In this document: positions 43,870 through 56,794 of the stretch, in pieces
Layout: each line of letters starts with the position of its first letter
Numbering within the stretch: the stretch's first letter is position 1
From: Nitrososphaerales archaeon
GTDB taxonomy: Archaea; Thermoproteota; Nitrososphaeria; Nitrososphaerales; UBA213
Length of the DNA stretch: 64,000 bases
Reading direction: 5' to 3'
NCBI GenBank assembly: GCA_965197925.1
Contig: CBDAOC010000017.1
Location: forward strand, 32,001-96,000
Notes under the pieces: model-generated
Seen by the model: only the letters and a program-made list of their open reading frames with translations
The model's database searches: none
Told to the model about the DNA's origin: nothing
Program-made: the position numbers and the translations under genes

Positions 43870-44248
43870 TATCGCTATTAGGAATACTTTTTCTCAACTT
43901 GTCTTTAATGAGTGAAGAAAGCATGTTGTAGTTAATGTCAAAAGGTATACCTTTGATCTTGATATATCTCTCAATAGCTGACTTGCAGTGTCATAACCTA
44001 ATTCCTGAAATTTACGATTTAGTGCTATAGTATCATTATCCGTAAGTTTGGCATTAACTACTCTTGGCATAATACCACTCTTCTTCCCTTACCGTTACAA
44101 GTATTTTTTCAACAATTCAGATGTCATAGGATCTAACTATTACTTTGCAGACCATGATTGTACGATCTGGCGATGTAGTTTGAGTAAGAGTTCATCTAGA
44201 ATTTCTATAAATTAAAAAAAAAGAAAGTGATGATTTTGTTCGTTGTAC

Positions 44249-45710
44249 CTACGTTAGCACATTACCTATTACAGTAATGTAAGCATCTGCTGGAAGAGCT
44301 CCTACAGCGCCTATTACTACTATGTCGGTCAGCAGGTCTGCACTGACATTTGCGACAGTTATAGTCCTATGGAATATGCACATATCGGAGTCATTGTCAA
44401 ATGTATTAGCATTGCTCGCATCTCCCACAAAGTCCGCTCTTCAGGCAATTCCCGTGTTATGAGCACCCATCAGCACTATATCAAGATTTGGAGCCTGATC
44501 CGCCTTTACATCTACCAATAGCTCCTGATCATCACATCCATCGGCACCAACGTCTGCGACTGGAAGGGTTGCGGCTATATGAACCTGGCCCATTCCGTGG
44601 GGAGTAGTATCAGCGACGACTATTGTACTACCATCGGTAACGCCGCCCAGGTTAACGGTCTCCAGGAAAAATCTGTTCTTGCGAATTTCGCCTTAAACTG
44701 CATCTTCAACCGCATCTATCCTAGCTTCTAGGCCAGTGTGCACCGTGCTTGCCCTCTCTACTGGCATGAATGCAAATATTCCTGCTATCAATACTGTTGC
44801 TGCTAATATACCCAACTCATCTCAAAACCCTACAATACATCAAAAATGATGCAGGATTAACAAATGCCAGATAGTTTTCTGCCGTTCTTTCATACCTGGT
44901 TCTTGTTCTGTGAAATCCATTCTTGAGCCATGCAAGGAATCTCTCAACTACAAATCTTGTCTTGTTGTAATGTTTGCAATCATTATTTTGCAAGATGAAC
45001 TTGGAATTTATTTTGTATGGGATGCAACATGCAATATTTCTATCCCACAAATACATTCTGATGTATTTTGCATCATTTTGTCTGCATAAACTGATTCTAT
45101 CTGTTGTATTGAATCATCATCAAGATAGTCTGAAATTGATCCTGTAACATCCATGCATTTTGTACTGTCATGTTCATTTGCTGGACTCAACAGTATGGAT
45201 ATTGGAAATCCGTTACTCTCTACTGAGGCATGTATTTTTGTACCTGTTATTCTCTTGAATCCATTATATCCAGTTACATTGCCCCTTTTTTATCAGGAAT
45301 GGATGAAGAGTCAACTGATATTTTTTGTAGATTAATTTTGCCAGATTTATGTGCTGAGTGAATAGTACGTGATAGAATCTTTTTCCAGATTCCTTTTTGT
45401 TGCCATTTGTTTAACCTTCTGTTTGCAGTAGAATCATCACCATATCTTTTTGGCATATCGTCCCATCGGCATCCAGTAGTTAGAACATGGATTATTCCGT
45501 TAATGATTTTTCTATCATAATCCCTAGGCCTGCCAGTTTTTGCATGTGGTGGTATGTGTGATTCCATCATACTCCACTGTTTGTCTGATAATTCTTGGAA
45601 TTTCATAAAATAATTTTAGATGTCGCTATTCATGGATCTAAATGGTTGCTAAAAATTGTCTAAATGGTTAGTTTTGAGATGAGTTGACTAGGTATTGTTA
45701 GTTTATTCAT
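44249..45710 (-). pseudogene. Exported protein gene interrupted by an IS and carrying internal stops
   Basis: MNKLTIPS (45710) joins ILAATVLIAGIFAFMPVERASTVHT across the IS; two in-frame stops downstream. Confidence 0.75.
44813..45686 (-). mobile_element. IS5-family element (family D)
   Basis: Perfect TIR CAACTCATCTCAAAAC; TGCRWDD and RFVVERFLAWLK motifs; orfB frameshifted. Confidence 0.92.
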
Positions 45711-46272
45711 TGATATAAATGGTTCTTACAGGTGTGTATTTAAGCATAATGAACAATTGATTTAGAATTACCTGTATGAAATTATTAGAACTTTCTAGAA
45801 TTATGTGAAACATCATAGAATTAAATTTAATTGCTAATGTTACTAGTGCAGGCAAACAATTACTCTAGCGGTATCAGCATTTCTTGATATCGCTAGAGAA
45901 ACTGATAGCCCTTTGCAGTTACTCCTAAAAAATCACCAAGGATTTCTAGGATAACCCTTCTGGCGAAATTTCCAATCAATTTCTATTCCCTCATAAAGGT
46001 AAGAAGTTTCATTATTCGTGAATGATTTGTCCTTACCTCATTCATAGCCCATCAAGTTACGAACGAATGAGTTAGAATAAATTACTAATAAGATTTCCAC
46101 TTTAGGTTAATATTTCCTCGACTTAATAAGCATATAACTACAACTTATGAAACCGAGGATTTGTTTAGGGAATCAATCCAAAGAGTTCTTAGTAAGTTCC
46201 TTTCTCAACCTACTCCGAGCACCAGGACCTGCTTCATTATAATCTGCGAATTCAGCGGATTCCATCAACTTA

Positions 46273-47337
46273 GAGCCTATCCTAAAATTCTAGCTGATAG
46301 TTAATGATTGGTAGAAATGATAACATTTAGAATGCAAGAATATTAGTTCATACTGTCAGGTTTAGTTTTCTTACTATTGATTTTATTAGTATTGTAGATA
46401 GTAGATACTAGAAACAGTTGCATTAACGTGTTTATGACACTACCAATATATCGCTCTGTATACTATCAGGCAGTCAGCAAATTCTGCTAATGCCTGATAA
46501 TTTTCCTCTCTCTTCTCGAACCTTACCAATAACTTTCTGAACCTGTTATGCCAAGATGCGGTTCTTTTTACAACCCATCTCTTTGCTTTGCACAAATTCT
46601 TTTTCAACACTTCACCCTTATGACGAATGTGATCCACATATCCCCTTCTCCTTTCTCCTTTCTCCTTTCTTCATACTCCATACTCTATCTCAGGGAAATC
46701 GTATCCTATTCATGCATATGTTCTGTTTAACTTTGGGCCTATCAACAACAATGCTATCTATTGTAGGAAAGGCTGATTTCATATCGTGTTTATTTGCTCC
46801 AGTAATTACAGATGAGAGAGGAATACCTCTTCTATCAACCAGCATGTGACGTTTGGTACCTAGCTTGCCTCTATCCGTTGGGTTTGCTCCGGTCGTTTTC
46901 CCCCTAATGGGGCCTTCGGTACGCTATCCATGGATTGCCAGTCCCATCCTATACCCTTCAATTCATCATATATTTCCAGCAGCCTCTTCCATACCTTTTC
47001 GAATACTCCTATCCCAATCCATTCCTGAAATCTTGCATGGCAAGTTGAGCCAGAACCAAATTCTTTCGATACCTTCTTCCACTGGCATCCAGTTCTTAAT
47101 ACGTACAGTATTCCATTCAACACTTTTCTAAATGGTACAGCTGGCCTTCCAACTGTTCTTGCTGGTTTCCTTGGCGGCAGCACTAGTTTGAACTCTTCCC
47201 ATAGATTGTCTGGTATATGCCATATGGTCGGCATGCTCTTTTTCTTTGATTTTCTCACAAATTTAGCTAGAGAGGACAGATCTGGATCTGTTTCGGTATA
47301 AACAATTAGGCTATGATGTTAATTTTCGGATAAGCCC
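46273..47337 (-). mobile_element. IS family A, complete ends
   Basis: TIRs as at 270/5123; TTA duplication at 46270-46272 and 47338-47340; inserted in the last codons of the oxidoreductase gene. Confidence 0.92.
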
Positions 47338-50225
47338 TTATTCCATATGCTTTTATCAACAGATCTACTGTCAATCCTAATTCAATTCCAGAACCTTCCT
47401 CAATCTGTAATTTACATGACTCTCCCGTTGTGTAAATCCTCTTATCCTGTTTTACGGCTTCAAATAATTCTCTTCCTATCTGCATTGCCAGATCATAATT
47501 ATCCTTGATAAAACTATAAGAGCCACCCACACCACAACAACCCTTTTCAACAATATGATAACGCAGCTTTGGTATCAAATTCAGCAGATTTATCACATGT
47601 TTGTCTACACCCTGTACTAATGTGTGACAGTGGAAATGTATTCCAACCTTTCATCTATAGGTTTAAAATCAGTATCTAGTTCATTTTTTTTACGCAAATT
47701 GCTCAGAAATTCGTGTATATCAAAAGTATTGTTGACAACTGTTCGTCTCCTCGTTATCCAAAAACATCTAGGTAATCCATTTTCAGTGCGATGGAAGAGC
47801 TGGGAGAGAAGCATATAATAGGTATACCTTTTACTACATGTGAATACAAATTCCTTACATTATATTTAGCGATTTCTTTTCCAACATCTGGAGCATCTTC
47901 AAGCAATGCCTGTAGCCCAGATGATAATTGTGATGGGAAAATAACATTATAACCATTTCTTTCCAATACCTTTACTAAACGTATTCCAAGCAACGGATCT
48001 ACATATCGTATGTAAGTGTCACAGAAGAACACCACATGTTTGTCTAGTGACCTAAGAGTATCATGTGAGTTGAACATAGCATCAAAGGTTCTTCTACTAA
48101 ATTTGGGGAATTTCTTTCTAGAGTCTATACCAGTTTTACTTTCAAGTATTTTTCTAAAGAATCTATTATCCATTAGGAAATTTGATAATGGTGCCAGTTT
48201 ACATGCAAGTGATGCGTGTTTATCTATCTCTATAAAATATTCATAACCTTTTGGAAGACCTACCTTCTTTTCATATAGAGCTCTTGCCTCAGCCATCGAT
48301 TTGCCTACATTAACATTTGTTGGACAATCTATCAAACACATTTTACATTGAACACAGTATTTGTAAATAATGCCTTTATATTCAGTAGTTAAGGCAAAAT
48401 CATTCGCCAAACCATCAACCTTTGCAAGCCATCTCAACACATTATTCCTTCCCCTGCAACTAGCAATCTCATCATTTATTCACTTATATACAGGACACAT
48501 TCTCGAACCAAAATTCAGTTCTCTGCAAGCACCACATCCATGGCACAAATCCACTTCGTTATCATGACTCAACTCTTCCCTGTAACCAGTCACTTCTCTC
48601 TGCACTTTATTATCATTTAATTACCATTTCAGTACATTCCCTTGATATTTGCGCTTGTAACCATATCTAAAATTTTTCACAAATGTTCCTGATAGAGTAA
48701 TTTTCTTGTTTGGGTTCATTATATTGTTAGGGTCAAACATTTCCTTTATCTTTACAAACAATTGGTATATTCCATCACCATACACATCCCTTATGAATTC
48801 GGAACGTGCAAGACCATCTCCATGTTCCCCAGATATGCTACCGTTAACGCTTGTTATTGCATTTAGAAGATCTTTAGATATATCTTTCATAATTTTCATA
48901 TCCTCAGTATTACCAACATCAAGCAGTGGTCTAGTATGCAAGTTTCCATCACCTGCATGTCCATAGATGACATAATTCAGGCCATATTTACCATATACCT
49001 GTTGCAATGTGTCAACTAGAAATCCTAATTTATCCACAGATACCAAAGGGTCTTCCATGAAAGCAATAGGTTTTCTCTCACCTTCTCTTATCTTCATGGT
49101 ATATGATAAAACGTTCTTTCTAATTTCCCATAACCTTGCTATTTCTTCATCGTCAGATGAAAATGTTATAATTTTACCCTTTATTTCATGAACAATTTCT
49201 GAAAGGTTGTTAACACACTCTTTCATCTCGGACATATTAGTACCATCAAACTCCACAAAAAGCAAACAATTAAAATCTGATTGTAGCATTGAAGAAAGCT
49301 CGTCACTTGCAGTGCTAGCAAGCCGTATCACGGTTTTATCTAAAAGTTCAACCGTTGACGGCTCTAGCTCTAATATTTTTTTGATAGATTGAGAAGCCCG
49401 TAACGTGCTATCAAATCCCAGAAGCAATAATGTTTTTTTCTTTGGGAGATCCAGTATTCTAAACTTGGCCTTTACTACAATCCCAAGAGTACCTTCAGAT
49501 GCTACAAATAACTTACTCATGTCAAGCATGTTATCCCCTAACACTTTGTCTATCCTATATCCACACGAATTCTTTCTAACCTTGGGAAATTTGGTGTGGA
49601 ACAATTCTTCGTTTGGTTTTAGTAATTTTAGGAGTGATTTCAATAACATGCCTTCAATCGATTTGTCTTTTATACCAGACATCACTTCCTATTACTATTG
49701 ATTCTACATGTAGAAGTTCCCCATTTGACATAATCACATCAAGTGATAGAACGTAGTCAACCGTACTGCCATACTTGACCGTATGTGCTCCACTTGCATT
49801 AGTTGCTATCATACCACCGACTGTGCAGTAGTTCGCACTTGAAGGATCTGGTGGCAAAAACTTTCCATCTGTCTCGAGAATTCTATCTAGAATACCTTTG
49901 TATAATCCGGTTCCACTACGTAGTTTTCATTTGTATTAACCTCGACAATCTTGTTCATATATTTGGTAAAATCGATGATAATACCATCGCCGATAGCCTG
50001 ACCAGCTAGTCCGCCACCGCTACCCCTAGCAGTCACAGATATATTATTTTCAGACGCAAATTTTACAACCTTTGTCACATCATCTATATTCCTAGGTAGA
50101 ACAATACATTTGGGTACAATCTCATACGCGCTAGCATCACTTGCATACATGTATCTCTGCCATGTATCGGAGAGGATATCACCACTTATCGACTTTAATG
50201 ATCCATGAATGAATTTTGAACTCAT
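47338..50225 (-). pseudogene. FAD-linked oxidase / Fe-S oxidoreductase (GlcD-GlcF or YdiJ type), multiply frameshifted
   Basis: RGSGGGLAGQA, PDPSS, SEGTLG, GHAGDGNLH, GEHGDG, CHGCGAC, CVQCKMCLIDCP and CCGVGG motifs spread over at least six ORFs. Confidence 0.9.
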
Positions 50226-50334
50226 ATTATTTGTTCTTATTATTTTTATTTTTGTAATATAAAGCCTTTAACTCATAAATTGAGATTTTAAAAGCAAAGC
50301 TTTAATTTACTAAGGCTAACTTTTTGATTTAAAC

Positions 50335-51465
50335 ATGAATTTACTGGATATCCAATTACAACTAAATCCATTATTTCCGGGAGGAGGTGAAGGCCAATGG
50401 TGGACTTACCTGATCTGGATTTTACCGATATTTTTATTCTTATTTTATGGACAGAAACTTCAGATGTGGATGATGCTTAAGGATGTGTCCAAGTCTATGA
50501 ATAAGCTTAAAGGCATGAAAGACAGTTCTAGGAAAGAGGCAATAGAATATGCAAAGTCCGTAAATTCAAATTTGGATCCTACTGAGAGAATCGATCAATT
50601 CATGGAATATTTTACCATTATGCCTGTGTCAATGGATCCAAATGGGATAATACCTAAACTGCAGCACTTGATGCGCATAAGAGATGATAGAATGAAGGCA
50701 GAAGTAAGAAAATTTTTGCCTTCCATTGATGCTTTAACCGCAAGCAAGATGGAGAATATACTTGAAGCTTCAACTATCCTACATTTGATCTTCAAAGTGG
50801 TAAGACATTTTTACCTGATGGGAAAGAAAAGCGGTAGTATGTTTTTCCTTGTACAATTACAGATGATAATGCCTATCCTTTTGGAGGAAGCTGAAGCGTT
50901 GAAAAAAGCTATAAACGCGTTCAAAGACGGGCAGCCCATTGGTGATGGAATAGGACCAATGATCGTGGGAAAGATGATGCTCAACAAGGAAAAGAGAACC
51001 CTTGCCAAGGAAACCGTTGTATGCGAGGATCGATACAATGGACGGACATTGTACCTGATGAAGGCAGAAGGCCCAATGGGCAGTGTAGGTGAGCCTGGGA
51101 CTGCTGTTGAGAATCTAATCAATGAAATGGGGGTAACCGTGAATTCGATAGTTATGATAGATGCTGCTTTGAAACTCGAAGGAGAAAAAACTGGGGAATT
51201 GGCAGAGGGTGTTGGTGCAGCTATAGGTGGAATTGGTGTAGATAGGTTCCAGATTGAAGAGGTCGCGACCAAGCATGGGATACCTGTTTATGCGATAATT
51301 ATCAAACAATCAGTACTTGATGCGATCACTGTGATGAAGAAGGAGATAGCTGAATCAATTGAGAAAGTTAACAAGTCTATCTTCAACGTGATAGATGACA
51401 AAACAAGAGAAGGTGATAAAGTCTTAATAATAGGTGTTGGAAACACGATAGGTGTTGCGCAATGA
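50335..51465 (+). CDS. DUF1512 family protein
   Basis: PVSMDPNGI, PIGDGIGP, IDAALKLEGE and GVGNTIGVAQ motifs. Confidence 0.88.
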   Translation: MNLLDIQLQLNPLFPGGGEGQWWTYLIWILPIFLFLFYGQKLQMWMMLKDVSKSMNKLKGMKDSSRKEAIEYAKSVNSNLDPTERIDQFMEYFTIMPVSMDPNGIIPKLQHLMRIRDDRMKAEVRKFLPSIDALTASKMENILEASTILHLIFKVVRHFYLMGKKSGSMFFLVQLQMIMPILLEEAEALKKAINAFKDGQPIGDGIGPMIVGKMMLNKEKRTLAKETVVCEDRYNGRTLYLMKAEGPMGSVGEPGTAVENLINEMGVTVNSIVMIDAALKLEGEKTGELAEGVGAAIGGIGVDRFQIEEVATKHGIPVYAIIIKQSVLDAITVMKKEIAESIEKVNKSIFNVIDDKTREGDKVLIIGVGNTIGVAQ

Positions 51466-51644
51466 AGAAGGACCAGAGTGAAAAGCCCACAATCTATACA
51501 ATTGAGGAATGTCAGCAGTGTAGGCAAAAGACGAAACGTACATTCAAGCTTGGAGATTTTGTTTATAAATTGGGAGAATTATGTTCTAAATGTAGTACTT
51601 CGACATTAATTACTATGATCTATGCTGAGGTTATGAAACCTTAA
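51462..51644 (+). CDS. Small zinc-ribbon protein
   Basis: CQQC...KRTFKLGDFV...CSKC; overlaps the DUF1512 stop. Confidence 0.75.
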   Translation: MKKDQSEKPTIYTIEECQQCRQKTKRTFKLGDFVYKLGELCSKCSTSTLITMIYAEVMKP

Positions 51645-52558
51645 CTTGTTATTATGATTACACTGTTTTCAGTAGGCATAACCGTATGTTCTGCCTGTGC
51701 CACAAACTTCCCGTTACCTTCTATCAGTATTGGATAGGAATGAATAAGTTTTTTCTTAGCTAGAAATTCCAACAAATGACGTCCTTCCTTTTCTTCATAG
51801 TCTCTGAGTAACCAGCGCAAGGCAAAGGGTAATGTCTTGAATCTCTTCCAAAGATAATCTAGGAAGGCATCTGCATTTTTGTCTCCAGTTCTTTTCCTAG
51901 TAGAGATAGCATGTATGTTCTTCACTTTCCCGTTATGAACTACACCACTACCATCTTTAGTAGTGAGGAAGGGTTCTATAGCATATGCCTCCATAGGTGC
52001 CAAACTAGAGCTTCCTATAGTCCAGATATTAGGTATTGATTTTCCAGCATGAATTGTATATTGTGCAAGGGAATGGCCACTCAAATTGTGTATTGGTTTG
52101 AAACCCATTCTATTTGCCGTATGCTCAACAATCTTACCAATTCCATTAGTCTTTACATTTGCTTTTACGATTTTAACTGCTTCTTGCAAAGCAAGTTCTA
52201 CGGCATTTACAAGTAAATCATACTCTGGATTATAGCATAAAGTAACTGCAGTATCTGCAATGTAACCGTTTATGTGAACGCCGATATCGATCTTCAATAT
52301 ATCGCCATCCTTCACGACAATCTCGTCGCCTGGTTCAGCTGTATAGTGAGCTGCAATTTCATTTAAACTTACATTGCACGGAAAAGCGGGTTGTCCACCA
52401 CGCTGCCTTATCATATCTTCTACATGTTCGCATATCGTGAACAGCATTTCACCAACGTGATATCGCTTTCTTATCTCTTCTCTTACTTCACCAGCTATTT
52501 TACCAGCTTTCTGATAATTTTCTATACCCAATGAGATAGAAATCCTGTAGGGCTCCAA
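51641..52558 (-). CDS. map: Methionine aminopeptidase type II
   Basis: AAHYT, DIGVHINGYIADTA, GHSL, IEPF and QAEHT motifs; true start may be slightly downstream. Confidence 0.95.
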   Translation of the reverse strand: MEPYRISISLGIENYQKAGKIAGEVREEIRKRYHVGEMLFTICEHVEDMIRQRGGQPAFPCNVSLNEIAAHYTAEPGDEIVVKDGDILKIDIGVHINGYIADTAVTLCYNPEYDLLVNAVELALQEAVKIVKANVKTNGIGKIVEHTANRMGFKPIHNLSGHSLAQYTIHAGKSIPNIWTIGSSSLAPMEAYAIEPFLTTKDGSGVVHNGKVKNIHAISTRKRTGDKNADAFLDYLWKRFKTLPFALRWLLRDYEEKEGRHLLEFLAKKKLIHSYPILIEGNGKFVAQAEHTVMPTENSVIIITS

Positions 52559-52696
52559 TATAAAATATGTTTATTATTCAATTATGAAAGGGCTTGTTTT
52601 ATACATCTAATGAGTCTGCTACCTACGGTAATATGGAAAGACATCTTCTGTTGCTTAAAATTGTTTTGAGCAAGAAGATCTACCTTTAACTAATTG

Positions 52697-53323
52697 TTAT
52701 TGTTTGACCCCGATTGCTAGGCCATCCCTTGCAGGTATGATAACAGAAGGCATTCTTCCCATCAATAACTTGTTAAACGTTGCGATGGCATCTGCATCTT
52801 TCGACTTGTTCTTGATTGTTACCTCTCCTCTCCATAATGCATTATCAGCTATTAATAAACCATTTTTGTTCAATCGTTCAATGCAATGATCAAGGTAGTT
52901 GGGATAATTTTCTTTGCTATCATCTATGAATATTAAGTCAAATTTATCCTTAATTTTGGGTATAATTTCCAATGAATTTCCATTAACAACTTTTATAGTA
53001 TTTTCAAGTCCCGCACGCCTGATGTTTTTTACGGCTTCACTTGCAAGATCACTGTTGATTTCTATTGTCATAACCTTGCCGTTATTTGGCTTTACGGCTA
53101 GCCCTAACCATATAGCAGAGTATCCTATAGCGGTTCCAAATTCCAAAACATGCTTAGTATTTGACGCTATAGCAATAATGTGCAACAGCCTACCGATCAT
53201 AGGACCAACTATAGGTATGTGTTTGGATTCTGCAATTATCTCCAGTTCTTTCAACACCGTAGGACTGGTAGGTAGAAGACTGTAAAGATATTTTTCAATC
53301 TCATTATTAGTAATAGAATCCAC
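52697..53323 (-). CDS. O-methyltransferase (YrrM/CCoAOMT-like)
   Basis: VLEFGTAIGYS, FDLIFID, ADNALW and DGL motifs; probable GTG start at 53323. Confidence 0.88.
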   Translation of the reverse strand: MDSITNNEIEKYLYSLLPTSPTVLKELEIIAESKHIPIVGPMIGRLLHIIAIASNTKHVLEFGTAIGYSAIWLGLAVKPNNGKVMTIEINSDLASEAVKNIRRAGLENTIKVVNGNSLEIIPKIKDKFDLIFIDDSKENYPNYLDHCIERLNKNGLLIADNALWRGEVTIKNKSKDADAIATFNKLLMGRMPSVIIPARDGLAIGVKQ

Positions 53324-53532
53324 ATTTGTTCTACATATAACTACAAGTTTAAGTCTTAGCATTTTCAACGTAATCCAAATACTTTGACGAAGAACAAACA
53401 TCATGATAACGCAGATTGAATTGTCACGGTAACGGATCTTCACCATTAATTTTCATTCAATAACAATAAGTTGGATGGGAAAGTTCCAAAAGCCTAGACT
53501 AAAATTATCAATTCTTCACTGTCAGAAATAAT

Positions 53533-54117
53533 TTAATGTTTATATAATGGAACCTTCATCGTAGCGAACATTATATCATTGCTATCAGTAATATGCTGGA
53601 ATTTTTTATCATAAAATTCAAACTCCTCTACACCATAAAGATGTTTATCCCATTGTTCATGTATTTTCTCTCCAAATATCTTGTTGTCATAATGCTTTTG
53701 TCTCCCTACTTCATGAAGTAAAATATGGGAGACTCTTGAGCAGTTTTCCAATGCAAAAAATGTATGCTTTTCTGCATCCCTCCTAAATTCTTTCCATTTA
53801 ATCAGACCCATGTTATCCGTAAAGAAACCTGAACTACAATCCGACCATACTGGTTTGAAGTAGGAGAGATAGAAATGATAATCAAGTTCACCTTTCTCTT
53901 TATGATGTTTTATGAGATCATTCATTCCAAATCTAAGTCGCATTAACCAAGTCTTTTCTATAACCAGAACATCTACATTGATGGTACAATGCAAAGAAAA
54001 TGTCTCCCGCAACCACCACCTGTAAAATTTTGCCATCTGAGGAACATAAGGCCAATCATCTCTTAATTTTTCCTCATATTCATCACTTTGTGAAACGTAA
54101 ATGAAATGTATATTCAT
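53533..54117 (-). CDS. Hypothetical protein
   Basis: 194-aa ORF containing SHILLHE. Confidence 0.72.
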   Translation of the reverse strand: MNIHFIYVSQSDEYEEKLRDDWPYVPQMAKFYRWWLRETFSLHCTINVDVLVIEKTWLMRLRFGMNDLIKHHKEKGELDYHFYLSYFKPVWSDCSSGFFTDNMGLIKWKEFRRDAEKHTFFALENCSRVSHILLHEVGRQKHYDNKIFGEKIHEQWDKHLYGVEEFEFYDKKFQHITDSNDIMFATMKVPLYKH

Positions 54118-54449
54118 TCAAGATGTGACAATAATCACTGGTAATAAATCATATGCCATATCATGACATTACTGATTCTTTTATTAGGACTTCCTCCACA
54201 AATTTTTATTTCGAATTGTCTGTATTTGCCCGTTACTCGTAATATCCCCTGGATAGGTTCCTGATATGTCTTGGACATTTACACCTTACAATAGATCTAG
54301 ATCCAAACCAAAATTACTTTTTTTTGAATTCGTCAAAAACAAATATGTGAATTGTAAACTAATGAAAAGGATTTAATCAATTATGGTTGTTATACATTAG
54401 TTTCACTCACTTTAACTGGTAAAAATCAAAAAGGAAAAGGGTAAACTTT

Positions 54450-54731
54450 TTATTTTTCTCTGCTAACTTCTATTTCTATTGTCGAGACATTCCTAGATCT
54501 TCCGTCCTGAGATTGCATTTCCTCAGAACCTATTTTCACTCCATTGACCACATACCCAAGGGTGTTCATTCTTTTGACAATTATCTGAGACACATCTACT
54601 GCTAGTGTTATGCTCATCCCCCTTGCTTTAATGATCACTTTTGGCTCATTTGCTAATTGAACCAATGCTGCTGTGACATACGTCATTATAGGTTTCTTTC
54701 CTATATAAATTTCATTCATTGGCTTTGACAT
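54450..54731 (-). CDS. albA: Alba chromatin protein
   Basis: IYIGKKPIMTYV, IKARG, AVDV and NVSTIEI motifs. Confidence 0.95.
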   Translation of the reverse strand: MSKPMNEIYIGKKPIMTYVTAALVQLANEPKVIIKARGMSITLAVDVSQIIVKRMNTLGYVVNGVKIGSEEMQSQDGRSRNVSTIEIEVSREK

Positions 54732-54781
54732 AACTCTATATCCCGTCAGACATCATATATATTGGTTTGCTGGCTGATTAA

Positions 54782-55051
54782 CTATACATCTTTTTCCCCC
54801 TGCTGCTTATCCAGATATTTCCCAAGAATACTCTTTATTGAATCTGAATCCGGATCGCATATTATAGCTTCTGCAACCTCCTTATCTTCTACTTCATAAC
54901 AATTTACCAGTTCATTTTCATCTTTAAAAAAAAGAAATGTTCTCCTCCCATAAACACAATAATATATCTTATCAATCTCCATTATTTTCGTCTTAACAAC
55001 TATACCATCCTCTTTTACAATGAGGGGATAATCTTCATTCAATGTTTTCAT
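54782..55051 (-). CDS. Hypothetical protein
   Basis: 89-aa ORF next to alba. Confidence 0.7.
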   Translation of the reverse strand: MKTLNEDYPLIVKEDGIVVKTKIMEIDKIYYCVYGRRTFLFFKDENELVNCYEVEDKEVAEAIICDPDSDSIKSILGKYLDKQQGEKDV

Positions 55052-55117
55052 TTAGTGTTTCTACTATTTAGACAAGTATAGATATTTTCATATTGAGTAC
55101 CCAATATTTAAAAAAGA

Positions 55118-56230
55118 ATGAATGCAAGTACAAAGGAAAGGATTATCTTCCATATCGATTTTGATTACTTCTTTGCTCAATGCGAAGAACTTAGAACACC
55201 AGAATTAAGGGGTAAACCAGTAGTCGTATGTGTATATTCTGGCAGAACAGAGGATTCAGGAGCAGTGAGTACGGCCAATTATGAAGCTCGTAAATACAAT
55301 GTAAGATCTGGTATGCCTATTAATCTGGCGAAGAAGAGACTAAAGGATATATCAGATGTTTCGTTACTCCCTGTAGATCATGAATACTATAAAGAGATGT
55401 CTGATAAAGCAATGAACATTATCCAAAATCATGCCGACAAGTTTGAGATAGCCAGCATTGATGAAGCATTTATAGATGTTGGTGAAGCTCTGAAATACGA
55501 ATTTACGAGAGCTGTAGAACTTGCCGTTAAAATAAAGGATCAATTAAGAAATGTTCTAAAATTATCATGTTCAATAGGAATAGCATCGAATAAGTTGGTT
55601 GCCAAGATCGCTTCCGACTTTGAAAAACCAGACGGTCTTGTGATAGTCCATCCAGGTGATACTCAGAGTTTCCTCAGAAATTTGGATGTAAGTAAGGTCG
55701 TTGGAATTGGGAAGAAAACTGAAGAATGCCTGAATCAAATGAACGTAAAAACAATTGGACAACTTGCTGAATTAGATATCTACTCGTTAACAAAGATGTT
55801 CGGAAGGAAAAATAGTGTATATATTTTCAACTCCTCTAGAGGTATTGATAATGAACCAGTTAATGAAGATGATTCTGTCACTCAGATAAGCAGGATAATG
55901 ACTCTGAAAAAAAGCATCAATTCCGTGGGTGAAATATATGAGGATTTGGCATCCATATGCCGAGACGTTCATAAATCTGCGACAGATCGGGGTCTTTCAT
56001 TTAAGTCCGTAGGTATAATATTGATATTAGATGATCTTAGCACAAGGACAAAATCCAAAAGTCTAAGAGCGCCGTCAATGGGCTACCACGAGATTTTCAA
56101 AACATCAATATCTCTTTTTGAAGAAGCCTTATCTGGAAGTCAATTAATGGTAAGGAGGATAGGAGTTAAAATTTCTGAATTGATCATTTGTAGCGGTCAA
56201 GATACTTTGTTCAAATTCATGGAGGAATAA
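55118..56230 (+). CDS. dinB: Y-family DNA polymerase IV (DinB/Dbh)
   Basis: HIDFDYFFAQ, TANYEAR, SIDEAF, AKIASD..KPDG and GIGKKT motifs. Confidence 0.95.
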   Translation: MNASTKERIIFHIDFDYFFAQCEELRTPELRGKPVVVCVYSGRTEDSGAVSTANYEARKYNVRSGMPINLAKKRLKDISDVSLLPVDHEYYKEMSDKAMNIIQNHADKFEIASIDEAFIDVGEALKYEFTRAVELAVKIKDQLRNVLKLSCSIGIASNKLVAKIASDFEKPDGLVIVHPGDTQSFLRNLDVSKVVGIGKKTEECLNQMNVKTIGQLAELDIYSLTKMFGRKNSVYIFNSSRGIDNEPVNEDDSVTQISRIMTLKKSINSVGEIYEDLASICRDVHKSATDRGLSFKSVGIILILDDLSTRTKSKSLRAPSMGYHEIFKTSISLFEEALSGSQLMVRRIGVKISELIICSGQDTLFKFMEE

Positions 56231-56794
56231 ATCTCACTACAAAGTAACGGTATATTCGTCTCATTAAAGATTGAAGCAACATATTGGCATAGCTTCATAG
56301 GGAGAGCTACTAATAAAAACAATAAAAGCTGGTTGAACCAACGAATTAGTGGTTGGCCATTTTTGTCATTAATACTTTCATCAAAGAAGCTGATGATGTA
56401 ACTTGGATGAGGCATAAGAGTATAAGTTGTTAGAAGCTTTAAGCTTGAGGTTAGAAAAGCACTAACACGAAGACGTTATTATGACTATACCAATATACAA
56501 AATAACAAAGAATGAGAATAGGTTGATATCAATTAGAGTGTAACTGATACTGGTAGATAAAATTCAAAAAAATCCTATTTTAACACATTCAATTTATTAG
56601 TAAATAAGGTTTTTTGCCATAATATTATTTCGTGATTTTCTTAATGTAAATTGATTTAGATATAATAGACCGTTAAAAAGCAAATATTACGTTTCGGAAA
56701 CGAATAAAAAGGAAGGAGAAACGTCAACTCATTAAACTGATTATCTTTCCATCCAATGGTAAAAAATCAATCTCCCAAATAGAAATAGTGTGGT

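Noticed and set aside
45840..46269. Possible winged-helix pseudogene (GVTAKGYQFL)
   Set aside because: Multiple stops and too little signal for a call.
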